Source of the DNA: Eledone cirrhosa
Lineage: Eukaryota
Assembly (NCBI GenBank): GCA_964016885.1
Contig: OZ024746.1
Location: forward strand, 3,844,001-3,908,000
Length of the DNA stretch: 64,000 bases
Reading direction: 5' to 3'
Shown here: in pieces, positions 1-12,897 of the stretch
Layout of the letters: each line of letters opens with the position of its first letter
How positions within the stretch are numbered: position 1 is the stretch's first letter
The notes under the pieces: generated by a model
The model's database searches: none
Seen by the model: only the letters and a program-made list of their open reading frames with translations
Told to the model about the DNA's origin: nothing
Position numbers and translations under genes: made by a program

Positions 1-709
1 ATATGAATGGGAGTGAGGGGGGGGGGGGGATAAAGAGGGAGTGAACGAGGCAACAGAAGCAACAAAGAGTAAGAAAATGTTAGAGAACGAAAGAGAAGAA
101 AGCGAGAAAAAGGTGTAGTAAAAGAAAGCTATTATCTTGTCAATCTGTGTTATCTAAATTAATTTCATGATTTAAAAGAAAGACCTGTAAATAAGCCTTC
201 TGTTAGGTCATGTGAACAATAATATATACTACTAATTATATGTTGGCTGTGTGTTAAAGCACACACCACACCACTAACAATGGAACTTCTGTGGTTGTCC
301 ACACCCTACAGTAGGTTCTCACAGCCCGGTTATAACCCATTTGCTACTACGAAACCCACAGCAGAGTTATTTATTCAAGTGCGTCGAAGGTTTTCTATTC
401 ACCTCTGACACGAGAAATCGGACTGAAAACCGTTTTATGAACTCTTTGCGATATCATCATCATCGTCGTAGTTTGACATGACATCTTAGCTCACTGAGTA
501 GGATGACCTCCACTGGTCCCATTTCTGTCAGTCTAGTTATCATTGTTAACCACCAGTTGTCCCTCAGGGTCAATATCATTAATTTATTCTGACTTCTGTA
601 TCCATGAGATTTTACAAAGCATAGTAATCAATTAGGTAGAAGTGCTAACACAACAGTTAGTTCACCATGCAGGAAGAAGAACCGTTCTTTCGTATAACCA
701 TGACCAGTA

Positions 710-747
710 CGAGCTGAAGATCCGCTAAGGTGAAACAATTGTTCTCG
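710..747 (+). ncRNA. Minimal hammerhead ribozyme inside an inverted-repeat element (~635-781)
   Basis: cgag CTGAAGA tcc-gctaa-ggt GAAAC AATT GTT ctcg, enclosed by a ~21-bp inverted repeat (647-668 / 750-770). Confidence 0.7.
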
Positions 748-1227
748 GTATGGTGAACTAACTGTTGTGTTACCACTACCCCACTCTCAAGAGCGTGAAA
801 CTAATAAACCTTTGTTCGTACTGCCTCTGTTTTGTTCCGGTTCAATTTTTTACTATATATATATATATATAATTAACGCCAACAAGCCATAGAAGGAGAT
901 TCTAGAAGTCGCTAGATCTACTAACAATTGCAGCTATATCACCTTCTAACCACTGCTACCATCTAAAACTCACAAGGAAACATTGCTTAATGTAATCGTG
1001 GACACTCTTAAGTCGGTTGGTGAAGTCTAGAAACATGTTTGATTTCAGCTCCTTGGAACAACAACTACAACAACATAACAACAATGAGGCTGGCGACGGG
1101 GATGACGAAGGTGTCTGCTAATGATTCATAGTTTTGTTGTTGTTGTTACATCTCACACCTATGCAAGTTTAGCTGGCCTCCCCCAAGGTATATCTCCTTG
1201 GCGGTGTCTTGGGTGATTTAATGATAG

Positions 1228-1383
1228 GGACCCCAGTCCTATCATTTCTACAGCTGAGTAAACTGGAGCAACGTGAAATAAAGTGTCTTGCTCAAGGAAA
1301 CAACACATCACCCGGTCTGAGAATTGAACTCACAACCTTTCGATTGCAAGTCCGAAGCTCTAACCACTAAGCCATGCGCCTTC
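1228..1383 (-). mobile_element. tRNA-derived SINE with a Nin/Deu-like central domain; other copies at 58007-58167 (-), 61413-61590 (+), 40514-40760 (+), 7127-7335 (+) and ~4745-5085 (-)
   Basis: A box TGGCTTAGTGG and B box GAGTTCAATTC, followed by ccttgagcaagacactttatttcacgttgctccag. Confidence 0.8.
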
Positions 1384-1705
1384 ACCGTAGTAACATGATT
1401 CATAGTAACAAATAGTGATTCATAAAACTTCCTTCTGAATCGCTATTTGTTATGTAATCAACGCTGGTTTCCGCTTGCTAGTAAAATAGAAATGTGTACT
1501 GATCTAGTTATTTATAATATTGGTAACAGTTTTTGTTCTACTCAGCAGAGCTTAGTGTTGGCTTCACTTGCTGCATAAAGACAGCAACTGTGTAGTCAGT
1601 CATGTTTCTATGAGCGTATCTTTACTTTCTTGTTCATACACACACAAGCATACACAGGCATACATACATACATTATGATGACCGTAACTAAGCATGAGCA
1701 GCCAA

Positions 1706-1802
<97 letters not shown>

Positions 1803-2002
1803 CACCTGAACTCCCACCAGGAAATCTTTCGTATCATTGAATTTTGTTTGCTTCTTGCATTCCAAGACTCTACCACTTCTCCTCTACTACTATCTTCTTA
1901 CTCCACCGTCTTCTTATCGACCTTCTATTTTTCACTCCCACCCTAGTACCTTCAATAATTCCAACCCACCCGTTCCCTCAATCTATCTTATTTCTCATTC
2001 TT

Positions 2003-2038
2003 TCTTCTGATGAAGGACAAGCGTCCGAAACGTTAAGA
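2003..2038 (+). ncRNA. Minimal PLE-type hammerhead ribozyme; dispersed family with copies at 9300-9335 (+, core mutated to CTGGTGA), 11994-12029 (-) and 37253-37288 (+)
   Basis: tctt CTGATGA a ggac-aagc-gtcc GAAAC GTT aaga, followed by a conserved ~90-nt tail running into (TA)n or (CA)n. Confidence 0.8.
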
Positions 2039-2125
2039 CCCTCTTCCTGCTATATCAAACGTTACCCTAATATATCCCTTCCATATACTGTACTGATTGT
2101 GTTATTATTTCTGTTTACCTTTCAC

Positions 2126-2266
<141 letters not shown>

Positions 2267-2268
2267 TA

Positions 2269-2307
<39 letters not shown>

Positions 2308-2317
2308 ATATATATAT

Positions 2318-2384
<67 letters not shown>

Positions 2385-2839
2385 AAAGTTAAACAAGCAC
2401 TCAACAGTGTAACATATGTGATGAATGTGAAAACTATAACTTCCTTTTCCTTTTTCTGCACACATACTAATTTGATCTATACAAAAAAAACCCTCCCACT
2501 ACAACCACCATAATACTCTTGCTTACCCGCTTAAAGTGCTTGTATTACATGTAATACCTTGCCACACAATACTCGTATATAAATGAGACACACTTGCATG
2601 CTCTATATATGACTAACACATACACTATCTACTAGATCTGATTATTGGACTATTCTCTTGCATTATCTGTGTTATCTGCCGCATGTATTTTAATTTTGAT
2701 TTTAAATTTGAATTACTATACAAATATAGTATAGTATAATATATGTCACACCACACTGTACATCAATATATATATATATGTATCTGTATGTCTCTTGCGT
2801 TGGATAGGAGGTCAATTATATGTACAAGCATTGAAAAAT

Positions 2840-2884
2840 GCTCCGAAGACTCCAAGCCTAGGTTTGGATGAAACAATTGTAAGT
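2840..2884 (+). ncRNA. Hammerhead-like motif with a CCGAAGA core variant
   Basis: gct CCGAAGA c tccaagcc-ta-ggtttgga t GAAAC AATT GTA agt; stem I is short. Confidence 0.5.
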
Positions 2885-3101
2885 GAATAAATGTTTTGAA
2901 CATAGATTTGATTCTTGTGAATTCTATATAAGTGCTCTGTAGAACAACTGATGTTATTACATTGAGCTATTTATCTTACTGGTAATAAGGTAGTAATACA
3001 TTACTGACATTCCCTGTTTAGGGTTTAAAATATATATAACTATAAATAGTATCCTTAATATTATATATACATATATATTACATTATATATATATATATTA
3101 C

Positions 3102-3150
<49 letters not shown>

Positions 3151-3233
3151 CATTATATATATATATATATATATATTACATTATATATATATATATATAT
3201 ATTACATTATATATATATATATATATATTACAT

Positions 3234-3296
<63 letters not shown>

Positions 3297-3329
3297 CATT
3301 ACATATATATATATATATATATATTACAT

Positions 3330-3372
<43 letters not shown>

Positions 3373-4064
3373 CAAATCCCGCCGAGGTTAACTTTGCCTT
3401 TCATCCTTATGGATAAAATAAAGTACCAGTAATACACTAGGTAATTGCTGCCCTTGTGCCAAAAGTAGAAACAATTATATATATATATATAAATATATAT
3501 TATAAACTTGTATGTAAATGTGTATGTGTGTATTTGTGCGAACATTATACATGTATAACTATGCTTGGCTGCATGTGTGTGAGTGATGTAGTTATGCTAT
3601 AAATGTGTGTCAATTGCAGGTGTATCAGTGTGAGGTCTGACAGAGAAATGTCAGTGGGTACAGGTGATGTAATCTGTATCTAACTGGCTTCCAGCTATAA
3701 AAGTTAGAACGTAGAAGATGGTAGAATATTTGGTTTGAAAAGACGAACCGATTGGCGCACTCAGATATGTAAACGTACATATGGAAGAAAAGATACGAAT
3801 ATACGTGAACAAACGTACACACACATTCACATAGACACACTGTGTGAGTGTGGCATTTATTAAAGGAGCGGAAAGAAGAGAATCAAAGAGAAGAAAATAA
3901 ATAGATGGATTAGAGGAATAGGTATCGGCTAGAGGGAGTGTATATCTGATACTGAACCAACATGTAAGTATAACCTGTTATAGTTGATTTCCTTTAGGAA
4001 AATCTATTCTAAAATGTTAATTGTAAGAATATATAAAAAGTATAAATTAAAAAGTAAATAACTA

Positions 4065-4219
4065 CACTGCCTCGGTGTGATTGTGTGTCTGTGAAACATA
4101 TACACCAGGTCCCAACACAGAGGAACCAAACTCCCACTGTCACTGCCTCGGTGTGATTGTGTGTCTGTGAAACATATACACCAGGTCCCAACACAGAGGA
4201 ACCAAACTCCCACTGTCAC
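4065..4219. repeat. 76-bp direct tandem duplication
   Basis: cactgcctcggtgtgattgtg...aaactcccactgt starts at 4065 and again at 4141. Confidence 0.9.
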
Positions 4220-5145
4220 TTCTTCCGTCCCTCCTGCTCTCCCCCATCTCTCACTATTATGAGGAAATAAGGGCCCTCGCACCGGCGGTCCCAGTGGACT
4301 GGTGTCCCGGGAGTGTATTGGGTTAAGAGAAGAAATGGAAGGAAACGAAAGGGAAGAAATAGGTGAGGTAAACACATACAGTGGTGTTTATGAGGATAGT
4401 GGTGGGGATTGGTGGTAGATGTAGTTATGGTTGTAGTGGATAGCTTACATACACCATTGATATAAATAAACTTCAGACACCCAAGATTCAGGTGGTACTG
4501 ATAACAACACCACGGCTTATGACTACCAACCAAGAGAAGAGAGAGGGTGTCTCTTAGATAGGCGTCCACATAGTTTCTGTCTACAAAAATATCAATCACA
4601 AAGCTTTGATAAAAGACGCTTTCTCGGGGAGTTGCACAGTATAACAGAAAAACCCTAAATAATATAACTGTGAAGTGATTTGTCCTAACCCTCCAGCTAT
4701 GTCTGCACCCAAACAATTATGGTCATTCATGTGTGCTAATAGAAGAGTCACAGACTGACAGTACAGTTTAAAGGCGGCAATGAGCATTCGGTTTGATCAA
4801 CTGAACTACCCCCTCACTAGATTAATCTGTACTTAGCTGAGTATTCTACAGTCATTCGCACCCTTAATTCTCAGGCCAAACCAACGTGGCACAATCTGCG
4901 ACAAGACATTTGAATATGGGGTATGATATATACGACAAGTTTCCAAATAATTTCTATCTTCCTAAACCTCACAAGTCTTGGGTGAACCTAGTATTATGGT
5001 AACAGACACTGTGGATATCCCGTAGTCAGATCGAACTCAGGCCCCTCATGATTGCAACACAAACCTCTTAACGATTAAGCCCGTGTTCAATAGGCTAATC
5101 TACATATATATGCGTCTTAGTGAGAAATTGTATGTGTGTGCATTT

Positions 5146-5217
<72 letters not shown>

Positions 5218-5400
5218 TTAATATAGAAAAGGCTTCTACAGGACTAGAACTGTTTCATTCGAGAGAAATCATCAGGAAGCCGACCTTCCTGATGATTTCT
5301 CCCGAATGAAACAGTTCTAGTCTTCTAGAAGCTTTTCTATATTAAATATTTATACTCTGTTTTGTATTGAGTACCTTACTTACTGTGGTTACATCCGATG
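5218..5400. mobile_element. Fold-back HHR-core element; same family as 45208-45397
   Basis: Inverted arms centred near 5283, CTGATGA tttc-tccc-gaat GAAAC, and a shared tail tattgagtaccttacttactgtggttac; (TA)n flanks. Confidence 0.7.
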
Positions 5401-5420
5401 TATATATATATATATATATA

Positions 5421-5950
5421 TAGATAAATCTACCAAAAGTTTACGGTAGTGTCCAATCCGTATGAAGAACTCAATGTAATCCGGATATCATGAAAAGAAG
5501 AGATGCATTCAAAAATCACTTTCGGTGAAAGATAAACGGAATACAGAGTCAAGATAAAATATTTAAAAAATAATGAATAAAACAAAGAAACAGTTCCTTA
5601 TATTAAACAAAAAAAGTTCATTATTTTACGATCGTTTCTAGGACATATATGTGTTAGAATTGGTATGCATATTCAAAAGATCTATGTACAAAATTATACA
5701 AACTATCAAGGAGAATATACATACCATCACATATATATGCTGTCTTCAGAAATAATATTATTTCTGAAGACAGCATATATATGTGATGGTATGTATAATC
5801 TCCTTGATAGTTTGTATAATTTTGTACATAGATCTTTTGAATATGCATACCAATTCTAACACATATATGTCCTAGAAACGATCGTAAAATAATGAACTTT
5901 TTTTGTTTAATATAAGGAACTGTTTCTTTGTTTTATTCATTAGTTTTTAA

Positions 5951-5959
<9 letters not shown>
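5421..5959. mobile_element. pLTR-only fold-back derivative of the same PLE family; ~200-bp-arm palindrome centred at 5756/5757 with an HHR on each strand
   Basis: 5421-5756 is homologous to 19419-19758. The + strand reads attattt CTGAAGA (5764) ... GAAAC (5875) GATC GTA aaataat. Flanked by (TA)n. Confidence 0.85.
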
Positions 5960-5993
<34 letters not shown>

Positions 5994-6117
5994 TTTATTA
6001 AGGCTGAATAGTGAGTCTTGTTACTCTAGAGTTTCGCCTGTTTATCACAGGTCATCAGACAACAACTCAAAAATCTTACGGATATATATATATATGTGTG
6101 TGCGTATGTATGTATAG

Positions 6118-6221
<104 letters not shown>

Positions 6222-6602
6222 ATATATCTAGATAAAGCTGTGTATATCCGCACGTATCATCATCACTAGCAGTACCACATGTACAACTTTAATCTGCGTC
6301 GTCATCATATCAGACATAATTTAATATAAGAGCTTTTCTCTGTCGCTTGACTCTTTTTAATCATTTTCTATTTTCTTTATAAATATTCAAATCCAATTTG
6401 TCTTCTATTAAAAAAACAAACAACATTTAATTAGATTTTTTTTTTTTAAACTAAAATTGTTTGTAGTCTCACAATATTATTTTATTTTGACCCAGATGAA
6501 AACAAAAAAAAACATGTTTGATTGAGACTAAGGCAAACTATGTACATATATATATATGTGTGTGTGTGTATTTATCTATATATGTGTGTGTGTATATATA
6601 TA

Positions 6603-6635
<33 letters not shown>

Positions 6636-6752
6636 GTGTGTGTGTGCATTTATCTATATATGTGTGTGTGTATATATATATGTGTGTGTGTGTCTGTATA
6701 TATATATATGTGTGTGTGTATTTATCTATATATGTGTGTGTGTGTATATATA

Positions 6753-6803
<51 letters not shown>

Positions 6804-6910
6804 ATTTATCTATATATGTGTGTGTGTGTATATATATATGTGTGTGTGTGTGTATATATATATATATGAGTGTGTGTGTGTGTGTATTTATCTATATATG
6901 TGGGTGTGTA

Positions 6911-7016
<106 letters not shown>

Positions 7017-7027
7017 CATATATATAC

Positions 7028-7114
<87 letters not shown>

Positions 7115-7479
7115 AGAGAGAGAAACCGCGTGGCTGTGTTCGGCTTACAATCGTAATGTCATGAGTTCATTGTGTCCTTGAACATGGCACCTTATTTCAC
7201 GTTGCTCCAGTTCAAAAGTCAGTTGTACCTGTATATTTTTGTCATGGGATGCTCAGCAGCTTGCAGGTTAATTTCAAGAGCAGGCTGTTTCATTAATCGG
7301 ACCAACTGGACCACTCATCGTCGTAACCGACGGAGTCCCAGTATAGTATTTGGTGGTAGGTAGCTTGTAGGGAAGCTGGAAAGAGAGATACACAGAACAT
7401 TATTAAATGATATTAAATAATAGACTTCAACATTATTCAGTTGAAACAAGAAAGTGACTGAAGTGGTAGACTGTCTGCC

Positions 7480-7930
7480 ATGAGCTTCACTCGGTGGTTC
7501 CTGCCCTGGAGGAAATCGGCCTCCAGGTCAACTCGTCCAAGTCGGGGGTGGTGAATGTCAGCTATGCAGCCTCCGGCTTGGACGTGCGGGCCATTCTCCA
7601 CCAGGTACAGGTGACCCCCAAAGAGGATGTCCTCCTCCTTGGGTCACCGATCCACTCGCCGGCCATTCACTCCACCATCAGGTCTAGGCTCCAACAACTC
7701 CAGACCCTCACGAGCCGACTGGGCTTGATCGACGGCCACCCAGCTCTCTTCCTGTTGAGGAACTGCTTCACCATGCCGAAGCTCCTCTATACCCTTTGCA
7801 GCGCTCCGTGCTACACCCACGCATCTCTCCTCGCTGATCTCGATACTTGTATCCGAGCAGCACCCGAGGAGATATGCAACGTCAGGCTTGACGACATTGG
7901 ATGGCAACAGGCCACTTTACCTGTCAGGCC
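7480..7930 (+). mobile_element. Non-LTR retrotransposon RT/thumb fragment, CRE-like clade
   Basis: IGLQVNSSKS, LLGSPI, ALFLLRNCFTMPKLLYTL, WQQATLPVR; locally GC-rich island. Confidence 0.75.
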
Positions 7931-9039
7931 ACTTTACCTGTCACATAAGCATTACATGTGTAAAGTTTGAAAAAGGTCGGTTGGGTGTTTCTCGAGTTTT
8001 AGGGATTCAAACTCACACACAGACAGACATCCTCAGTTTTATATATATAGATATATATGTATACATATATATATTGTTATACTTGAGGAGGGTCATATTT
8101 GTGTAATATTGCCAGAATTAATTTCGACACACGATTTCATATCAAAAACCTCGCAAAACTAATTCATCGCCGTTATATATATATGTATGTATGTATGTGT
8201 GTGTGTGTGTGATATGTATGGGGGTGGTTGTAAAACCATACAAATAAATATATATAATTTTTTAAAATAAGACGGATTACGTAATTTCATAGAATAGTTT
8301 CTTTAAAAGGGATATGATAGATATTATCTCTCTCGTTGAAAAGTTAAAAATGAGGAAATCATATACAGTCACCGTATTTAAAGTCTAAATTGCAATAGAA
8401 AGGATTCCTTGTGAATAAAATAAATCGTCATAAAAAGAGTGGGTGAGATATGTTAGTGAAATATACGTTGAATAATTATATTTTTCTACACAAATCGCAG
8501 TGCAATCTCGTATACGACGTGTGTAGGTTTGAGAAATATTATGTTCAACTATAGTGTCTTACACTGTCCAATAAGCTTCTTCAGACATTACTTCTTTGAT
8601 GTAGTTTAATGAAGACTTCGTTGAAATATAATAACTATGTTGTAAGACTAAGTCAACTAAACCTATATATAATGAATACTTTCTTCCACTGGTGTGGACT
8701 ACTAAGATCACCAGATAAGAATGCTACATAAAACTCGACTGTAGTAAATTATAGTCTAGAAGATCAGGTAAAATACCATTATACATTATAAACGGAAAAC
8801 AGGGCCAACTCTGGCCCTTCCCATCGATAGAAGCATTTTAGCTGATTTTATAAGCTATTATTTACAACAATCCACAGATGTTATGGTTATTTTCTGTATT
8901 TTCTAAAGAATCTCTAATTGCTCAATATATAACGAAGGAGGTGGACCCAAATGCACCAGAGTAATCAATACTTAGGGTAGTAGAGTGGGTAACAGTAAAA
9001 AGTTTAACCCCGCCGGAAGAGCACAAGGCGTTTCGACGG

Positions 9040-9070
<31 letters not shown>

Positions 9071-9160
9071 ACTTATTTAATGAACAAAGAACTTTCTGCA
9101 ACCCAATGTGTTCTCTTTTTAAAAGATGTGGTGTGGCTGGAAAGGAATTTGGCTGCTATA

Positions 9161-9207
<47 letters not shown>

Positions 9208-9497
9208 ATGTCAGCATGAATGGACCTGTTATTTTTATCTAGACATTTTTTCCCATTCCAACCCGCCCGTCCCCTCAATCTATCGTATTTCCCATTCTTT
9301 CTTCTGGTGAAGGACTAGCGTCCGAAACGTTAAGACCCTCTTCATGCTATATCAAGCGTTAACCTAATATATCCCTTCTATATACTGTACCGATTGTGTT
9401 GTTATTTCTGTTTACGTTTTGCATATATATATATAGTGGTAGAACACTGGAAGGTAATATCCGTAGTGGTAGAGCACTCAGTCCATGGGACGAGTTA

Positions 9498-9639
9498 GGT
9501 AGAAGTGGTTACACAACAGTTCACCATACCAAGAACAATTGTTTCACCTTAGCGGATCCTTAGCCATTACGAGCTGAGGATCCGCTAAGGTGAAACAATT
9601 GTTCTCGGTATGGTGAACTAACTGTTGTGTAACCACTTC

Positions 9640-9640
<1 letters not shown>
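9498..9640. mobile_element. Fold-back copy of the same HHR family as 710-747 (core CTGAGGA at 9574)
   Basis: Shares sequence with 705-775; left arm is an inverted duplicate; (TA)n follows. Confidence 0.7.
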
Positions 9641-9677
<37 letters not shown>

Positions 9678-9689
9678 TAGATAGATAAT

Positions 9690-10205
9690 TTTCTTTTTAT
9701 TTGCCACCAGGGCATCAAAAAGTGGGACAAGTACAATGGGGGAGTTTACATAACAAGGCGTCCTCAATAAGGAGGAGGCAATAACAAAATATAAAAATAA
9801 AATAAAATATAACAAAATAAAATTTATAACAAAATCCTCAATAGGGAAGAGGCGCCTTGGGGGGTCGCACACACCCCCGAAAAAAAGTGTGCAACTCTTC
9901 TCCTCAGGAGCACAGAGAAGGGGTGCTCCCTTGATCTTTCATCTTCCTCACCTATAGTCTGATGTAGAGTGAAGGCCCATTCACACGGGCCATTCTCGCC
10001 ACTTTCACCCATCTTTCATAGAAACGGCTGGGGTGCAGCACCTCTCTCTCCATCCTGATCCTTCTTCCGAAATGATATCGGAAGAAACGGACCAGTTGTT
10101 GGCCAGAGAGAAAGGTGTCTGACCTCAGTCCTTTCAGACGCGTCCACCATACAACCTCTTTCGCCATGGCTATTACGCACAGAAACACCGCCTCTGCTTC
10201 GTTTT
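9690..10205 (-). mobile_element. 3' end of an L1/Tx1-like LINE (ORF2 C-terminus and 3' UTR)
   Basis: AKEVVWWTR...FFRYH...RIRMER.....FYERW pattern in a GC-rich island. Confidence 0.5.
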
Positions 10206-10206
10206 T

Positions 10207-10253
<47 letters not shown>

Positions 10254-10276
10254 GTCTATGTGTGTGTGTGTGTGTG

Positions 10277-10320
<44 letters not shown>

Positions 10321-10969
10321 CGGTTGCTCAAATTCACATGAAATTCTCAAGAAGTTGTGTGATTGTTCATACGACTCTTAATGATTATAATTAAACAGTA
10401 CTGGTTTCAAAACAGAAATGAAAACGGGTTCAAGGTTTAGACGTGATGTTATCTCTTTTCTATTAGACTAATCTCTGAGGTGGCTGTTATAAACAATTGC
10501 AGTGAAATGAGGGACATTTGCTTGGAAATATATGCAAGTAATTCTGTAAATATTTGGTTATCGATATCACTGTTGATATCTTGTGTAACTGCTAATGATA
10601 TAAAAGAAACAATTTCAAGATGTGAATAGTGTTTACAAATTGTACTGCCAGATTCTCGAAATATCTACACCTTCATGTAACACCATAATGTTTAGTTGCC
10701 CAGCTTTTGCAAGACAAAGTAATTGATCTGAGGCACACATATAGTACCCCTAATGACTACACCCACAAATCACATATATAAAAGTCTGTGTGTGTGTATG
10801 TCAATCCAAAGAGGTGGACTCTACGTGGTTGCACAATCTGTTAGAAATAGCAGCCAAATTCCTTTCGAGCCACACCACATCTTTTAAAAAAGAGAACACG
10901 TTGAGTTTCAGAAAGTTCTTTGTTCATTAAATAAGTTATATATATATATATATATATATAACGAACGAG

Positions 10970-11018
<49 letters not shown>

Positions 11019-11027
11019 ACGAACGAG

Positions 11028-11097
<70 letters not shown>

Positions 11098-11103
<6 letters not shown>

Positions 11104-11520
11104 AGATCAAAAGATGGTTAAAGGAGTTCAATATATTTTATTATGCGCATTTCAAAAACAAACATCATCAAACAATAATATTTGTGTTTTCATCAGATAA
11201 AACAGGAGAACATGATATGAAGGCTAAAAAAACACTTGTTGATAGTGCAGTTTTAAATCAACATATGTTGATTTAAAACTGCACTATCAACAAGTGTTTT
11301 TTTAGCCTTCATATCATGTTCTCCTGTTTTATCTGATGAAAACACAAATATTATTGTTTGATGATGTTTGTTTTTGAAATGCGCATAATAAAATATATTG
11401 AACTCCTTTAACCATCTTTTGATCTTATATTATGCATACTCCAGTCCCACAAACTGTAGAGTGCTTCTTATCCGATATCTGCATTGCTTTATTGTACTAC
11501 AATAAAACTCACCTCCTACA
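11098..11520. mobile_element. ~167-bp-arm palindrome (centre 11264/11265) with an HHR on each strand
   Basis: tttat CTGATGA (11333) [long stem II] GAAAT GCGC ATA ataaa (11376-11392); (TA)n flanks. Confidence 0.78.
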
Positions 11521-11553
11521 TATATATATATATATATATATATAACGAACGAG

Positions 11554-11625
<72 letters not shown>

Positions 11626-11633
11626 CGAACGAG

Positions 11634-11701
<68 letters not shown>

Positions 11702-12096
11702 CTGAGTGCTCTACCACTACGGATATTACCTTCCAGTGTTCTACCACTATATATATATATAAATAGCCGTCGAAACGGCTTGAGATCTGCCGTCGGGGTT
11801 AAACTTTTTACCCACTCTACTAACCTAAGTATTGAGTACTCTGGTGTGTTATGGTCCATCTGGTTCCTTTCCACACTTCCTTGGTTATATTATATTATAT
11901 ATATGTGTAAAAGGTAAACAGAAATAACAACACAATCGGTACAGTATATGGAAGGGATATATTAGGTTAACGCTTGATATTGCAGGAAGAGGGTCTTAAC
12001 GTTTCGGACGCTAGTTCTTCATCAGAAGAAAGAATGAGAAATAAGATAGATTGAGGGGACGGGCGGGAATTGGAAAAAATGTCTTTAGATAAAAAT

Positions 12097-12171
<75 letters not shown>

Positions 12172-12692
12172 TAGCATAGTATCCGTCCCTACGGCTATTT
12201 CAACCGGTTTTAAAATAGAGTAAATATTCTTAGAGGTGGAAAAAGAAGTTGCCACCGGCGCTAAGAAGGGTCCAACTTTGTATCTTTTAGATGCCGGCTA
12301 AGTGCCCTAACCACCGAATTAAGGGGTCTCTTACTGTCTGAATTAGGGAGCTGAAACAAACAGCTTTGAAATTTAAACAAACATCGTGTGCGAAATTAGA
12401 ACTTATAAAGCTCTGAGAGAATGTTTATAGCAACTGTAAGGTAGACAGGGTAAAACCCCTTCGGTCTCCAATGACCAGGGATTTGTAACCTAGAAAGTTC
12501 TCCTCCGAGGTTTACGCAAGGTTGTTTGTAAAAGACCAGCAGTCACCCATGTATACCAGTCTCTCCTCTCCATGCCACTGATATTGTCCAGGGAAAAGGT
12601 TAAGGCCGATACAGCTTGGCACCAATTAATTCCTGCACGGATGCTTAATGGTACCCACAGAAATTGGCCACAAACATAATCCGAAATCTCTC

Positions 12693-12734
<42 letters not shown>

Positions 12735-12897
12735 GACACACACACACATATAGACACACACACACACACACGCACACACATAAACACACACACACAAACA
12801 CACACACACATACACACACACCTTTAAAATGTTAAATTCTGTCTCAAGCCCAGAATCTCATCGGGCCGGAGCTTATTCCAGTTTCATTTACATTAAG

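Noticed and set aside
1290-1383. tRNA gene calls for A/B-box sequences here and at 27681-27752, 40514 and 61413
   Set aside because: No full cloverleaf is visible, and most continue into SINE body sequence.
5654-5859. Near-identical 64-aa ORFs on both strands
   Set aside because: They are a by-product of the pLTR palindrome, not genes.
8598-8640. Degenerate hammerhead-like motif (tgaaga...gaaat)
   Set aside because: The core and stem II are too degraded to distinguish from chance in AT-rich DNA.
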